From Heterodontus francisci (lineage: Eukaryota), in assembly GCF_036365525.1 (NCBI RefSeq), contig NC_090413.1:28782262-28846261 (forward strand): a stretch of DNA of 64,000 bases. Direction: 5' to 3'. The notes beneath the pieces were generated by a model, which was given only the letters and a program-made list of their open reading frames with translations, did no database searches and had not been told where the DNA came from. A program made the position numbers and the translations under genes. Below, one piece after another: positions 1-12,313 of the stretch (the stretch's first letter is position 1; the number at the start of each line of letters is the position of its first letter).

Positions 1-470
1 TGGACTCACCCACAAGAGGAAACATCCTTTCCACATCCACCTTGTCAAGACCATTCTTGATCTTATGTACTTCAATCAAGTCTCCACTCACTCTTCTAAA
101 CTCCAGTGAAAACAAGCCCAGTCTGTCCAACTTTTACTCAAAAGACAACCCGCTCATTCCAGGTATCAATCTAGTAAACCTCCTCTGAACCACCTCCAAC
201 GCATTCATATCCTTCCTTAAATAAGGTGACCAAAACTGCAGCAATGAATAAAGAAGGCTAATGGAATGCTATCCTTTATGATGAGAAGAATTGAAAATAA
301 AAGTAAGGATGTTATGCTTCAGTTATACAGGGCATTGGTGAACAACAGGTATACCGTTTTGGATACTGTTGGGGGAGACGACTTACCAGGGGTAGGCAAT
401 GGGATACAGGTCTCTGGCGCAGAGTCTGTCCCTGTTGCTCAGAAGGGAAGGGGTAAGAGGAGCAGAGCAT
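1..470. mobile_element. Scrambled CR1 LINE fragments (1-240 minus; 241-340 plus; ORF1 piece ~342-470 plus)
   Basis: KSKDVMLQLYRALV (ORF2 C-terminal part) and NRYTVLDTVGGDDL (ORF1) motifs. Confidence 0.75.
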
Positions 471-760
471 TATGTACCCTCTCCAAAGCCTCCACCGTCC
501 TTCTGGTAGTGTAGTGACCAGAATTGCATGCAATATTCCAAGTGTGGCCTAACTAAGGTCCTGTACAGCTGCAGCATGACTTGCCAATTTTAAGACTCTG
601 TGCCCCGACCGATGAAGGCAAGCATGCTGTATGCCGCCTTGACTACCTTATCCACCTGCGTTGCCACTTTCAGTGACCTGTGGACCTGTACGCCCAGATC
701 TCTCTGCCTGTCAATACTCCGAAGGGTTCTGCCATTTACTGTATACTTCCCACCTGCATT

Positions 761-817
761 CTTTCTTTCTTTGGCCTCCTTGTCTCGAGAGACAATGGGT
801 AAGCGCCTAGAGGTGGT
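761..817 (-). mobile_element. Extreme 3' end of an RTE-clade LINE inserted in CR1
   Basis: TSD cacctgcatt (751-760 / 818-827); same sequence as the 3' end of 2611-2816, with (GAAA)n tail. Confidence 0.8.
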
Positions 818-2610
818 CACACCTGCATTAGACCTTCCAAAATGCATTACCTCACATTTGTCCGGATTAAACTCCATCTGTCATTTCTCCGCCCAAGTCT
901 CCAACTGCTCTATATCCTGCTGTATCCTCTGACAATCCTCATCACTATCCGCAACTCCACCAACCTTTGTGTCATCCGCAAACTTACTAATCAGACCAGC
1001 TACATTTTCCTCCAAATCATTTATATATACTACAAAGCGCAAAGGTCCCAGCACTGATCCCTGAGGAACACCACTAGTCACATCCCTCCATTCAGAAAAG
1101 CACCCTTCCATTGCTACTCTCTGTGTTCTCTGACCGAGCCAGTTCTGTATCCATCTTGCCAGCTCATCTCTGAACCCATGTGACTTCACCTTTTGTACCA
1201 GTCTACCATGAGGGACCTTGTCAAAGGCTTTACTAAAGTCCATGTAGACAACATCCACTGCCCTTCCTTCATCAATCAACTTCGTCACTTCCTCAAAACA
1301 CTAGATCAAGTTAGTGAGACACGACCTCCCCTTCGCAAAACCATGCTGCCTCTAGCTAATAAGTCCATTTGTTTCCAAATGGGAGTAAATCCTGTCCCGA
1401 AGAATCCTCTCTAATAATTTCCCTACCTCTGACTTAAGGCTCACCGGCCTATAATTTCCTGGATTATCCTTGCTACCCTTCTTAAACAAAGGAACAACAT
1501 TGGCTATTCTCCAGTCCTCTGGGACCTCACCTGTAGCCAATGAGGATGCAAAGATTTCTGTCAAGGCCCCAGCAATTTCCTCCCTTGCCTCCCTCAGTAT
1601 TCTGGGGTAGATCCCAGACTCATCATCCACCAAGTCCTCCTCTTTGGTGATGCAAAGTACTCATTTAGTACCTCGCCCATTTCCTCTGGCTCCACACATA
1701 GATTCCCTCCTCTGACCTTGAGTGGGCCAACCCTTTCCCTGGCTACCCTCTTGCTCTTTATATACATATAAAAAGCCTTGGGATTCTCCTTAATCCTGTT
1801 TGCCAATGACTTTTCATGACCCCTTTTAGCCCTCCTGACTCTTTGCTTAAGTTCCTTCCTACTTTCTTTATATTCCTCAAGGGCTTTGTCCGTTCCCAGC
1901 CTTCTAGCCCTTACGAATGCTTCCTTTTTCTTTTTGACGAGGCTCGCAATATCCCTCGTTATCCAAGGTTCCCGAAACTTGCCAAACTTAACCTTCTTCC
2001 TCACAGGAACATGCTGGTCCTGGATTCTAATCAACTGACGTTTGAAAGACTCCCACATGTCAGATGTTGATTTACCCTCAAACAGCCACCCCCAATCTAA
2101 ATTCTTCAGTTCCTGCCTCTTAATGTTATAATTAGCCTTCCCCCAATTTAGTACGTTCACCCGAGGACTACTCTTATCTTTATCCACAAGTACCTTAAAA
2201 CTTACGGAATTATGGTCACTGCTCCCGAAATGCTCCCCTACTGAGACTTCGACCACCTGGCCGGGCTCATTCCCCAATACCAGGTCCAGTCTGGCCCCTT
2301 CCCTAGTTGGACTATCTACATATTGTTTCAAGAAGCCCTCCTGGATGCTCCTTACAAATTCTGCCCCATCCAAGCCCCTAGCACTAAGTGAGTCCCAGTT
2401 AAGATAGGGGAAGTTAAAATCACCCACCACAACAACCCTGTTGCTTTTACATCTTTCCAAAATCTGTCTACATATCTGTTCCTCTATCTCCCGCTGGCTG
2501 TTGGGAGGCCTGTAGTAAACCCCCAACATCATGACTGCACCCTTCCTATTCCTGAGCTCTACCCATATTGCCTTGCTGCATGAGCCCTCCGAGGTGTCCT
2601 CCCGCAGTAC

Positions 2611-2816
2611 TTCTTTGGCCTCCTTATCTCGATAGACAATGGATACGCGCCTGGAGGTGGTCAGTGGTTTGTGAAGCAGCACCTGGAGTGGCTATAAAGG
2701 CGAATTCTAGAGTGACAGGCTCTTCCACAGGTGCTGCAGAGAAATTTGTTTGTCGGGGCTGTTGCACAGTTGGCTCTCCCCTTGCGCCTCTGTCTTTTTC
2801 CTGCCAACTACTAAGT
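2611..2816 (-). mobile_element. 5'-truncated RTE/BovB-type LINE 3' end
   Basis: TSD ctcccgcagtac (2599-2610 / 2817-2828). Translates FLCSTCGRACHSRIRLYSHSRCC, the RTE C-terminal zinc-finger pattern. Confidence 0.85.
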
Positions 2817-3944
2817 CTCCCGCAGTACAGCTGTGATATCCTCCTAAACCACTAATGTAGTATAGGTGATTTACAGGATGCACTGAAGCAACTCACCAGG
2901 ATTGTTTTGTCAGTACCTCCCTCCCCCGTGACCTCTGTTATCCGGAGCAATTTCAAAGGAAAGAAGAGTGCATTGTTTTTGTTCAATCAATTATTCAATC
3001 ATTATTGTCACAAAAGGGCAAAGAGGTCTGAAGTATTAGTATGTAACACTCTTGTTGGCTTTTTCAGTGAAGTAATCACTTGTCTCCATAACTGCTATCC
3101 TCATGAACGCCAATTCATCCAAAACCATACTGCCTGCATTCTATTCTGTACTAAGATGCCCTGAAATATCCTGAAATATTGCACCTGTCATTGCTGATTC
3201 CCCATCCCTTTTCACACTGATTTCAGTATCCTCACTGTCATTTACAAATCCTTTCTGGACCTCATCCAATCCTACATCTGTAGGCTCCTCACATCCTCTA
3301 ACTTTGGTTGATCCCCAGACTCTATTCACCACTTGTGCTAAAGGTGGAATTCATTTTGACCCTTGCACTGTGGAATTTGCATCCTTGATATGCTGTTCCT
3401 CATCTTCAAAGTTTAATCAAAATTTATCTCTGTAACTATATTTTTCATTGCAGGAGCAAGAAAATTGAGAGGAGGCATAGTGTTTCTTTCTCCACTCCTT
3501 TTGTAAAGTGCTTTGGGACATTTTGCTACATTAAAGACACTGTGCAAGTCCCTGTTCTAATTAGATATTGTATTATAAAGAACATGGTTAGTAGGGGATG
3601 TTAGTAGCAGTAATCAGATGTGACATTGAGTATATGCGAAACATCATCTTGCTCTGTGCCCACTCCTGTCTACTGCCCAACAACCCAGTAGTCTCAATAG
3701 TCATACATAGCCTTGCATTTTTGTCTCCCACTTCTTTCTATTCTTCACCTTCAGCATTGGGGAAAAAAAACTGAGAACTGGCAGAAATATCTTTTGAGTC
3801 TCTTCAAAACCTGTAAGAATTATTGACCTATTCTGCCACTTCCTAGTCCCAGTGCTGGGCCTCCTCCCTGAACATATCCAAAGCTATTTCTGAAACTGTG
3901 CATTGTTATAATAATGAGCTGACCATGAGGAATTTTTGGATGAT

Positions 3945-4240
3945 CTAGAACTAGGGATCACTGTTTAAAAATAAGGGGTCGCCCATTTAAGACAGAGGGT
4001 CATAAGTCTTTGGAAGTCTTTTCCTCAAAAGGTGGTGCAAGCAGAGTTTTTGAATATTTTTAAGGCAGAGGTAGATATATTCTTGATAAGCAATGGGGTG
4101 AAAGGCTATCAGGGGGTAGGCAGAAATGTGGAGTTGAGGTTACAATCAGATCAACCATGATCTTGTTGAATGGTGGAGCAGGCTCGTAGGGCTGAGTGGC
4201 CTACTCCTGCTACTATTTCGTATGTTCATATGTATGTTTG
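3945..4240 (+). mobile_element. CR1 3' end fragment
   Basis: SRTRDHCLKIRGRPFKTE-like coding end, 3' UTR with ggcctactcctgct and (TATG)n-like tail. Confidence 0.8.
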
Positions 4241-4416
4241 TAAAACTGACCTTCTGCTCTTTGAAAGAGCCAGTGCAGTCTAAATGGGCTAAACGGCCTC
4301 TTTCTGTGCTGTACTCACCTATGGATCATGCGACCTTTGTCCTCATTCCTAGCAGCCATTTGTAAAATATACATTATAAAACAATATTTATGCCATAACA
4401 GAAACATATTATTATA

Positions 4417-5256
4417 AACAACTGCCATTTATACAGCACCTATAATGAAGTAAAACTTCACATGGTTCTTCACAGGAGAGTTATCAAACAAAATTTGACA
4501 CTGAGCCACATACTGAAGAACATAAGGAGAAATTAGAACAGAAAAGAAAGACTTGAATTTATATCGTGCCTTTCACGATCATAGGATGTCTCAAAATGCC
4601 AATAAAGTACATTTGAAGTTATGAAGTGTACTGTTATATTGTAGGAAATCCGGCAGCCAAATTGCACACAGCAAGCTTCCACAAATAGTAAGTAATAATG
4701 ACCCAGATAATCTGTTTTTGTGATGTTGATTGAGGAATAAATATTGGCCAGGACTCTCCTGCTCTACTTTGAAATAGTGCCACCTGAGAGAACAGGCAGG
4801 GCTCGGCTTAATGTCTCATCCGAAAGACGCACCTCTGAAAATGCAGCACTCCCTCAGCACTGCAGTGGGATGTCAGCTTTGATTTTGGTGCTCAAGACCT
4901 GGAGTGTGACTTGAACCCACAACCTTCCGACTCAGAGGCAAAAGTGCTACTAACTATGTCCCAACTAACACAAGTGACGAAAAGCTTGGTCAAAGATGTA
5001 GCTTTTAAGGAGAGTCTCAAAGGAGGAGAGGCAGAGAGGTTTAAGGAGAGAATTCCAGAGCTTACAGCTTAGGCAGCTGAAAGCAGAGCTGCTAATGGTG
5101 GGGCAATGAAAATCAGGATGCAGAAGAGACCAGAACTGGAGGAGTGCAGAGTTCTTGGAGGGTTATAGGGGTGGGGGAGGTTACAAAGATAGAGAGGGGT
5201 GAGGCCATGGAGACATTTAAATACAAGGATGAAAATTTTAAAATTGACGTGTTGTC
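4417..5256 (-). mobile_element. L2 LINE 3' fragment with a nested DeuSINE/SacSINE1-like SINE (~4548-4970)
   Basis: FKIFILVFKCLHGLTPLYLCNL...PPRTLHSS is the L2 ORF2 C-terminus; the SINE has a tRNA-like head (ggttgtgggttcaagtcacactcca on minus). Confidence 0.75.
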
Positions 5257-5660
5257 TCACAACTAGTCTTCATTTCGTCTGTTTGTAAAATATACAATAC
5301 AGAAACAATATTTATGCCAGTAAAGCAAACAGAAAGACAGTTGTTTTCACAGAGCTGTTGTTACCAGTGCTGAACCCATCTAGATACCGAAGTTCAGGTG
5401 ACGATTCAGTGCCAGTAGAAATCAAAATAAAATTTTAAACACACTGATTTGAAAACAGTTGAAAAATACTGAGTGTTGTCAGCAATGAGCTGTTCTTACA
5501 GTTAGTGCATTAATGACTGCGAGTGGACTTTAACATTGCAATCACTGGCGTTCCTCTGTAACAATATTAACAGCATCATTGGAATTTCTCCCCAAAATCA
5601 GGACATGCAATATCACTTTAATCCGTTAAACCTGTTTGTAATTGTCACTATCCCACCAGG

Positions 5661-5869
5661 TTATGGATATGGATTAAGTTTGGTTAAAGGAACATTTTCC
5701 TGGTATTCATTTCCATTGGGGATCTGTGGATTGTTGTTTGGATTTGCTTTGTATACTTTATATAATCCTCTTTTTTGGGCACTGGATATTTTGTACAAGG
5801 CAACGATTGCTGATATGATCAATGCTAACATGATTCCTGTGATCACCATTTCTGGTCTCCATGATTCAC
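5661..5869 (-). CDS. Copy 1 second terminal exon B (alternative or relic TM + tail)
   Basis: Same acceptor tgttttcatag and same phase, open frame. GESWRPEMVITGIMLALIISAIVALYKISSAQKRGLYKVYKANP...KLNPYP*. Confidence 0.65.
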
Positions 5870-6388
5870 CTATGAAAACATTCAAGAAAACACTTACACA
5901 AATTATTGACAGTCCCAGGGCAATATATTTATTACAAAACTTCTTATCATCTCCAAGATCTGTGTTGTAAACAATGGGAATTTTTCATGGAATGTCGAGT
6001 GTGTTATATTCAGCTCTTCCCTCTTTGTCAAGTTGTGTTCTTCACCTCCTTTCATTCACCCCGTACCACAACCCAGTACTGATTATCATAAAGGATAGAC
6101 AGCCTATTCCAGGTCCCTGTCTTTTCCCATTTACACCACTCCAAGGAATTGTATATACATGATGCAAATACATTTTTTTTTGTGGAACTTAGATGACTGA
6201 GTGTTGTCAGCAATGAGCTGTTCTTACAGTTAGTGCATTAATGACTGCGAGTGGACTTTATCATTGCAATCAGTGGCGTCCCTCAGTAACAATATTAACA
6301 GCATCGTTGGAATTTCTTCCCAAAATCAGGACATGTAATATCATTTTAATTGGTTAAACCTGTTTGTAATTGTCATTATCCCACCAGG

Positions 6389-6585
6389 TTATGGATCAAG
6401 TTTTTTCAAAGGGACATTTTCCTGGTATTCATTTCCATTGGGGATCTGTGGATTGTTGTTTGGTTTTGCTTTGTATACTTTATATAATCCTCTTTTATGG
6501 GCACTGGATATTTTGTACAAGGCAACAACTAATAGGATCATTGCTAATATTCCTGCGATCACCAAAAATAGTATCCATAGTTCAC
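6389..6585 (-). CDS. Copy 1 terminal exon A: transmembrane + cytoplasmic tail
   Basis: Acceptor tgttttcatag, phase 1. GELWILFLVIAGILAMILLVVALYKISSAHKRGLYKVYKAKP...KKLDP*. Confidence 0.88.
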
Positions 6586-7112
6586 CTATGAAAACATACA
6601 AAAAAGTTACATAAATTATTGACAGTCCCAGGGCAATGTATTTATTACAAAACTCCTGATCATCTCTAAAATTTGTGTTATAAACAATGGGAATTTTTCA
6701 TGGACTTCCAAATGTGTTACATTCAGCTCTTCCGTCTGATTTTCAAGTTGTGTTCTTCACCTCCTTTCATTGTCCCCATACCACAGCCCAGTCCTGATTA
6801 TCATAGTGGATAGACTGCCTGTTCCCAGGTACCTGTCTTTTCCCATTTACACTACTCCAAGGAATTGTATATAGGTAATGGAGATCAATTTCTCTCTGTG
6901 GAACTTAGATTTTACTAAATCATAACTATAGAGTCCATCATCTTCCCTGGCATGGAGTGCACCAGTCAGTGTCGGGGAAGGGAAGAAGAGTTTATATTTA
7001 AGGCGGAGACCCTTTGTTAGAACAAAGAATGATGTGGGAACAGGAGAGAGGGGTATCTGTAACCCTGCTATTCGCCTCCTATTTCTCTTTTTGGAATTGA
7101 CAACTGTGTTTT

Positions 7113-7467
7113 AGTTTAGTTTAGTTTAGTTTAGAGATACAGCACTGAAACAGGCCCTTCAGCCCACCGAGTCTGTGCCGCCCATCAACCACCCATTTAT
7201 ACTAACCCTATACTAATTCCATATACCACATCCCCACCTATCCCTATATTTCCCTACCACCTACCTATACTAGGGGCAATTTATAATGGCCAATTTACCT
7301 ATCAACCTGCAAGTCTTTGGCATGTGGGAGGAAACCGGAGTACCCGGAGGAAACCCACGCAGACACAGGGAGAACTTGCAAACTCCACACAGGCAGTACC
7401 CAGAATTGAACCCGGGTCATTGGAGCTGTGAGGCTGCGGTGCTAACCACTGCGCCATTGTGCCGCCC
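7113..7467 (-). mobile_element. tRNA-derived HE1/V-SINE-like SINE
   Basis: A box tggcgcagtgg, B box gggttcaattc, CR1-like tail (CTAAA)n; 10-bp TSD actgtgtttt; empty site in copy 2 at ~56388. Confidence 0.9.
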
Positions 7468-8288
7468 ACTGTGTTTTGCTAGGCTTTTCTATTTCAATTT
7501 CTTACCTGATCTGCAGGAGTTCCATTTTTTTACTCACTCCAATTTTCTCATTTTACCTCCTTACACACTCCATGTCCCTCTATTATCTTTCATTAATTTA
7601 ATAAATCTTTCCATTTTCTGCTGCAAAGATCGCATGTCATCCAACAATTTCCTGTTTTTCTTTAAAGCCAAATTTCACTGATACTTCTTCTGTTTGTTTG
7701 TCCCTACACTTTGCTTCTAATTCTATTTGAAGATCTTGCTCATCTTCCATTTTTCAGCCAAAAACATTCACCGTCCATTCTTTGCACAGATTTGACTGAC
7801 CTGCTCTGTTGCAGCCTCTCCTGGTTTAGTTTTACACTGTGATTGCCCCCCCTCACTATTAGAATTGAAGCCCAGCCATGTGATGCAGCTCACTGAGCTG
7901 CCAACACCCTGCACCATGACCGGCAGTGTGTGGATTCACAGCTGCAACTCCCCTGCTGTGGAGTTATTGCTCAGGCAGTCTGGGCAAACACAGAGCAGGA
8001 ATAAAGTGCTTCTACACACAAAGAGAAACAAGTGGAAGGGAGTATCACTCTGGGCCATTCTTACTAATGTCCTAGAGGCCAGTTACAGAGCAGCATTGTG
8101 AGAGGCAGGCAGTAGTTTATCCATTTGTCCCATTACCAGCACGTGTGGAGTAGAACAGGAGTCTAAATAACTGAACTAAGTAAACCAAAATGGCACTCGG
8201 GATTTATTTGGGATAACAGAAATGCTGCTTCAATCCACAAAGGATTAATTATTTATTCTTTGCATTCTGACCAATATTACAAACTGAC

Positions 8289-8570
8289 CTTTGATCCTGA
8301 TGTCCACTTCCTTCTCATGAGTTCCATATTTATTGGTAACTGTACATTTATAAATGCCTTGATGTTCTGATGTTGCGTGGGAAATATGGAGGACTCCAAG
8401 AGGACCATCCTGAATGTTACTGTCATTACTGGGGGCTTCCCACTTTAATGTCGGCGTGGGGTTTCCACTGGAATTGCAGATAATTGTAACCTCATCACCT
8501 TCACTGAGGGTTACTGGAACCCCTGACATGGTTTGGTTATTTACTGATATGGTTGTATTTCGAGGTTTAT
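8289..8570 (-). CDS. Copy 1 Ig domain 6 exon
   Basis: Acceptor tcttttccag, donor G|gtcagt, 282 bp. EGDEVTIICNSSGNPTPTLKW...HQGIYKCTVTNKYG. Confidence 0.9.
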
Positions 8571-8959
8571 CTGGAAAAGAGAAAAGGAAAAGATGAAAAG
8601 AGGCAGGAAAGGCATATCACAGGATCACTGACACAGCACCACATCAGTGCTTGGATTAGCTGCATTCCCAAACTTAGTCACATATTGTGCTCTCGTCCAT
8701 CTTCAACAGCCAGTTCAGAACATCTGAATCCCTACAGTTGGATTGAAGTCCAGTGAGTGTTACTGCCTGGAATTTACTCCCACTCATCTGTCATTTTATA
8801 AAGCCAAAGTGAAATGCAGTTTCTTTGTGTAAATATAAACTCAACATAACAGCCACTCACTGGATCAGCTTGCCTAAGGATATCACACAAACACACTGTT
8901 CACAGCGCTCAGAACAAAGGAACATTCAAAGAGTAAACTTCCTGTAATCCATTACTCAC

Positions 8960-9205
8960 ACAGAATGACTGAATTTACAGAGGAGTTTCTGGATCCATAC
9001 TCATTGGTAACTGTGCACGTGTACAGACCACTATGCCACATTTGAACTGATGGGATGTGGAGTATCTCTCTGCTGAGTATCTTCCCATCTTTGGTCCAGA
9101 ACACCTGGGGAGCTGGGTTCCCTGCACCATGACATGTTAAATTCTGTGATTTCCCTTCAATCCAGTCTTCTTGTGCTTTAAAGATCTGTGCTTCCATTGG
9201 AGCAT
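8960..9205 (-). CDS. Copy 1 Ig domain 5 exon
   Basis: Acceptor aatttacag, donor T|gtgagt, 246 bp. WIEGKSQNLTCHGAGNPAPQVFWTKDG...HSGLYTCTVTNEYG. Confidence 0.9.
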
Positions 9206-9350
9206 CTGTAAATTTCATTAGAATACAAAATTAAAACTTGAAATTGAATAACAAAGCTCAAATACTTTTCAGATCTTTCTGGTGATTTTATTTTGGTGCT
9301 CTCCAGATGTCAGTGCTCAGAATAAAACTGACTTCTATATGAAAACTCAG

Positions 9351-10225
9351 TGTCATGCTGGGCCCCCACCTGCCAAGAATGAGATACATCAGTTTTGTCA
9401 TGAACATTGATTTTAAACTGTTACTGGAGTGAAGAAGACTTGTTAAGCAGATCAGCCATGGCTGGAAAATACATTTGCATATTAACAGATGGTGTTTGGA
9501 AGAACAAAGCAGCCATTCCCTGACATTCAACCCACAATGGAGTTTTGATCACCAGGTGAAGGTTGGCTGCTAAGATGACCGAATACATAAATGGACATGC
9601 TCAAACCAGCTAGTCACATGACTAACCTGCTGGGCAACCTGAGTTTTTTGAATTTGTACAAACATTTTCTGCTGAAAGCTGTTTGCTCCTGGACTGAGAA
9701 GATGCATCTCCTGTCTGCTCCCATCTCTTTCTCACAAGCCTCTGAAGACACATGAACCCCAAGAGAAAGAGAGAAAAGTCTCCTACAGCGAACAAGGTTT
9801 AAGAAGAATACTGGGCCCCGACAAAAACCAAGATCTACCTACAATCAAGGATTCTACAGTGAGCTCGAAGAACTGTAACAATAACTCTTCAGATATTGCC
9901 TCAAACCTTTCCACTTTATTTTTCTTCTGCTCTTTTCTGTCTCTATTTGCATGTGTGTAACGGGTATGCATGCTAGCATGGGGCATGGCATGTATCCGTA
10001 GGCGTTAACCGAATTAGAGTGTAAGTTTAATAAATTTCAAATTTTCTTCTTTAAACCGAAGAAAGTATGTTTGTGCTGGTTTCTTTGCCTTGTAATTGGA
10101 AAGTGGCGAACAAGGATTCAGTAAGGGGGAGCTAAAAACAGTGTGTTTAAAATTAAACCCTGTTACACAAGACCAGGTGAAGGCTGAAAGGGAACCCTAG
10201 ACCTCTTTCTCACCTAGTCGTAACA
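9351..10225. mobile_element. Solo LTR
   Basis: TGTCATG...CGTAACA termini, 4-bp TSD TCAG; paralogue at 58236-59141. Confidence 0.8.
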
Positions 10226-10544
10226 TCAGAGTCAGCATGAAACACTCCCAGGTCAAATAAAGCACAGGAGTAAAGGCAGAGTAATTGTCCCTGTACTCTG
10301 CAGCAAAAAGCAAAATTTTGAGTGCCACTTTTGAGAAATCTCCAAGTGATGTCTACTTTATCCTGTTTTTGAATAGCTGATTGAGCACCACTCTGAGAAT
10401 AGAGAAGGGTGGTCTTTGGTTAAACGGTTCTAAGAGGAGTTTTACAGCTCTCTAGTTAGATGGACTTATTGAACTATTGTTGAAATCTTACAGTGCAATA
10501 TTCGTAATTAATCGATTAATACAACGTGTTATATACAATACAAA

Positions 10545-12313
10545 AAAAAGATTAGTGAAGACAAATGTGGGTCCCTTACAGTCGTAAATGGGGGAATTTA
10601 TAATGGGGAACAAAGAAATGGCAGACCAATTAAATACATACTTTGGTTCTGTTTTCACAAAGGAAGACACAAATTACCTGCCAGAAATGTTGGGGAACAT
10701 AGGGTCTAGTGAGAAGGAGGAACTGTATGAAATCAGTATTAGCAGGGAAATGGAGTTAGGGAAATTGATGGGATTGAAGGCCAATAAATCCCCCTGGGCC
10801 TGATAATCTACATCCCAGTGTACTTAAGGAAGTGGAAATAGTAGATGCATTGCTGGTCATTTTTCAAAATTCTATAGACTCTGGAACAGTTCCAATGGAT
10901 TGGAGGGTAGCTAATGTAACCCCACTATTTAAAAAAGGAGGTAGAGAGAAAACAGGGAATGACAGACCAGTTAGCCTGACATCAGTAGTGAGGAAAATTC
11001 TTGAGTCCATTACAAAAGATGCAATAGCAGAGCACTTGGAAAACAATGACAGGATCGGACAAAGTCAACATGGATTTACGAAACGGAAATCATGCTTGAC
11101 AAATCTACTGGAATTTTTTGAGGATGTAACGAGCAGAATAGATAAGGGAGAACCAATGGATGTGGAGTATTTGGACTTTCAGAAGGCTTTCGATAAGGTC
11201 CCACATAAGTGATTAGTGTTAAAATTAAAGCACATGGGATTGGTGGTAAGGTACTGACACTGAGAGAGCTAGTTGGCAGACAGGAAACAAAGAGTAGGAA
11301 TAAACGGGTCTTTTTCTGAGTGGCAGGCAGTGACTAGTGGGGTACCGCAGGGATCAGTGCTAGCCAGAATATATAATTAATGATATAGATGAGGGAATTA
11401 AATGTAATATATCCAAGTTTGCAGATGACACAAAGCTGGGTGGGAGTGTGAGCTGTGAGGAGGATGCAGAGAAGCTCCAGTGTGATTTGGACAGGTTGAG
11501 TGAGTGGGCAAATACATGGCAGATGCAGTATAATGTGGATAAATGTGAGGTTATCCACTTTGGCGGCAAAAACAGAAAGACAGATTATCTGAACAGCGAC
11601 TGATTGGGAAAGGGGGAGGTGCAGAGAGACCTGGGTGTCCTTCTGCATCATCACGGAAAGTAAGCATGCAGGTGCAGCAGGCAGTTAAGAAGGCAAATGG
11701 TATGTTGGCCTTCATAGCGAGAGGATTCAAGTACAGGAGCAAGGATGACTTGCTGCAATTATACAGGGCCTTGGTGAGACCACACCTGAAATATTGTGTG
11801 CAGTTCTGATCTCCTTATCTGAGGAAGGATGTTCTTGGTATGGAGGGAGTGCAGTGAAGGTTCACCAGACTGATTTCTGGCAGGACTGACGTATGAAGAG
11901 AGATTGGGTCGATTAGGCTTGTATTCACTAGAGTTTAGAAGAATGAGAGGGGATCTCATAGAAACCTACAAATTTCTAACAAGACTGGAGAGACTAAATG
12001 CAGGAAGGATGTTCCCGATGGCGGTAGAGTCCAGGACCAGGGGGTCACGGTCTAAGGATAAGGTGCAAGCCATTTAGGACTGAGATGAGGAGGGATTTCT
12101 TCACCCAGAGTGGTGAACCTGTGGAATTCTCTAGCACAGAAAGCAGTTGAGGCCAAGTCATTAAATATATTCAAGAAAGAGTTAGATATAATTCTTAGGG
12201 CTAAAGGGATCAAGGGATACGGGGAGAAAGCGGGGACAGGGTACTGAGTTTGGATGATCAGCCATGATCGAATGGCCTTTTCCTGCTGCTATTTTTCTAT
12301 GTTTCTATGTTTG
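10545..12313 (+). mobile_element. 5'-truncated decayed CR1
   Basis: DWRVANVTPLFKKG, YLDFQKAFDKVPHK, KFADDTK motifs; (TTTCTATG)n tail. Confidence 0.9.

Larger units (their letters stand above)
471..2853 (-). mobile_element. CR1-clade LINE, decayed ORF2 (endonuclease + RT)
   Basis: GVYYRPP, VVGDFN, LDLVL, SDHN, PGNYRPVSL, YMDFSKAFDKVPH, GVPQGSVLGP, KFADDTK motifs, broken by stops and frameshifts. Confidence 0.93.
5468..6912. repeat. Tandem ~720-bp duplication containing the TM exon (5468-6195 / 6196-6912)
   Basis: Both units start actgagtgttgtcagcaatgagc and end tgtggaacttagat. Confidence 0.92.

Noticed and set aside
5536-5970. 144-aa plus-strand ORF
   Set aside because: Antisense shadow of TM exon B; not maintained at this length in the duplicate units.
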